This document shows positions 55,242 through 55,915 of a stretch of 55,915 nucleotides of DNA, one piece after another; within the stretch, counting starts at the first letter, position 1, and each line of letters opens with the position of its first letter. The notes beneath the pieces are model-generated. The model ran no database searches. It worked only from the letters and a program-made list of their open reading frames with translations, and was not told the origin of the DNA. The translations under genes were made by a program, and so were the position numbers. The DNA comes from an archaeon (GTDB lineage Archaea > Nanobdellota > Nanobdellia > Pacearchaeales > GW2011-AR1), in contig JABGRV010000006.1 of assembly GCA_018648095.1 (NCBI GenBank), positions 80,559 through 136,473 of the forward strand. Direction: 5' to 3'.

Positions 55242-55859
55242 ATGTTTAATATAAAACGCATCCTTAAGGTTATTATGGAAGGAAAACACGAAGAAATGTT
55301 GGGGGAGGTCATTGAGATAGCAAGAGCAGACTATCCAGAGTTACCTTATCACAACTTTGCACATGGAATGGATGTCTGGAACACCGCAAGACAATACGCT
55401 AAGATGGCAGGCATAGGCGGAGAAGAACGTTTCGCCCTAGAAACCGCCGCAGTCTTACATGATGTCATTGTGATTCCTGAAAGAACAGATAATGAACTAG
55501 AAAGCGCAATGTATGCCGCAGATAGATTACCCGATTTCGGCTATTCAATCGACCAAACAACAAGGGTTGGAGAAATAATCGTAGCTACAGTTATGCCTCA
55601 AGATCCAAAAGACCTTTCAGGAAGAATAATCTGTGATGCAGACCTTGGCCAACTTGGAAGACCTGATTTCCTAAAGAGATCCGAAAATCTAAGGGAAGAA
55701 TGGGACAAACCCCACAATCTAGAATGGCTTGAAGGCCAAGTAGCATTCCTAGAAGGTCACAAATACCATACTGATATAGCTAGAAGGCTAAGGGATCCTG
55801 GAAAGGCAAGGAATGTTGAGTTAGTGAAAGGCTTGATTCGAAACTACAAGAAAAAATAA
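55242..55859 (+). CDS. HD-domain phosphohydrolase
   Basis: YHNFAHGMDVWNTA...AAVLHDV shows the H...HD signature. Confidence 0.55.
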   Translation: MFNIKRILKVIMEGKHEEMLGEVIEIARADYPELPYHNFAHGMDVWNTARQYAKMAGIGGEERFALETAAVLHDVIVIPERTDNELESAMYAADRLPDFGYSIDQTTRVGEIIVATVMPQDPKDLSGRIICDADLGQLGRPDFLKRSENLREEWDKPHNLEWLEGQVAFLEGHKYHTDIARRLRDPGKARNVELVKGLIRNYKKK

Positions 55860-55915
55860 ACTAAAAAAAATTAAATTAATATTCGGTGGCCTTCGCCATA
55901 CCGTTCCCAAACTGC

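Overview
This is an AT-rich archaeal chromosome segment, roughly one-third GC by eye, and the gene content points to a small-genome DPANN-like archaeon.

The conserved core includes ribosomal proteins L10e and L35Ae, a Trm11/Trm-G10-type tRNA methyltransferase, tRNA-Val(UAC), a DEAD-box helicase and a circularly permuted ribosome-biogenesis GTPase. It also includes NadE, a TrxB-like flavoprotein, a TrmB regulator and a tandem Lrp/AsnC regulator.

About half the window is accessory DNA:
- Two Fic paralogs and several toxin/antitoxin-like pairs (DUF4258/DUF2283, a RelE/ParE-like toxin, an AbrB-like small protein).
- A run of HNH and zinc-ribbon ORFs.
- A defence island around 30.9-40.2 kb. It carries a Cas4-like nuclease, a type II R-M pair (C5-methyltransferase plus an Mrr-fold endonuclease), and a tightly overlapping five-gene operon (DUF1232, PLD-nuclease/SF2-helicase fusion, small ORF, SMC-like ABC ATPase, small ORF).
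- A secreted-protease operon, two APH-like kinases and an MFS transporter.
- A 4.4-kb island (49.8-54.2 kb) bounded by 48-bp direct repeats that duplicate the 3' end of the lrp gene.

The most interesting content is inside that island. A radical-SAM/SPASM enzyme of the anaerobic-sulfatase-maturase-like type is translationally coupled to two tandem paralogous small peptides (81 and 69 aa). The peptides share a near-identical core (MGHxI...NPHIRRAIKQRGGFLF) and have divergent C-termini rich in Tyr, His, Asp and Glu. A Cys-rich polytopic membrane protein lies next to them. I read this as a candidate novel RiPP-like or peptide-modification system.

Other structural signals: a second duplicated 3' gene end (28 bp, GTPase) bracketing a 1.2-kb insert, matching inverted-repeat hairpins flanking one Fic gene, a 26-bp direct repeat pair between Fic2 and a deaminase, a 33-bp x3 tandem repeat at the start of a wHTH-NUDIX gene, and a TM-hairpin C-terminal module shared by two unrelated surface proteins.

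No rRNA and no CRISPR array were seen. All calls are from reading the sequence and ORF translations by eye. No database searches were run.
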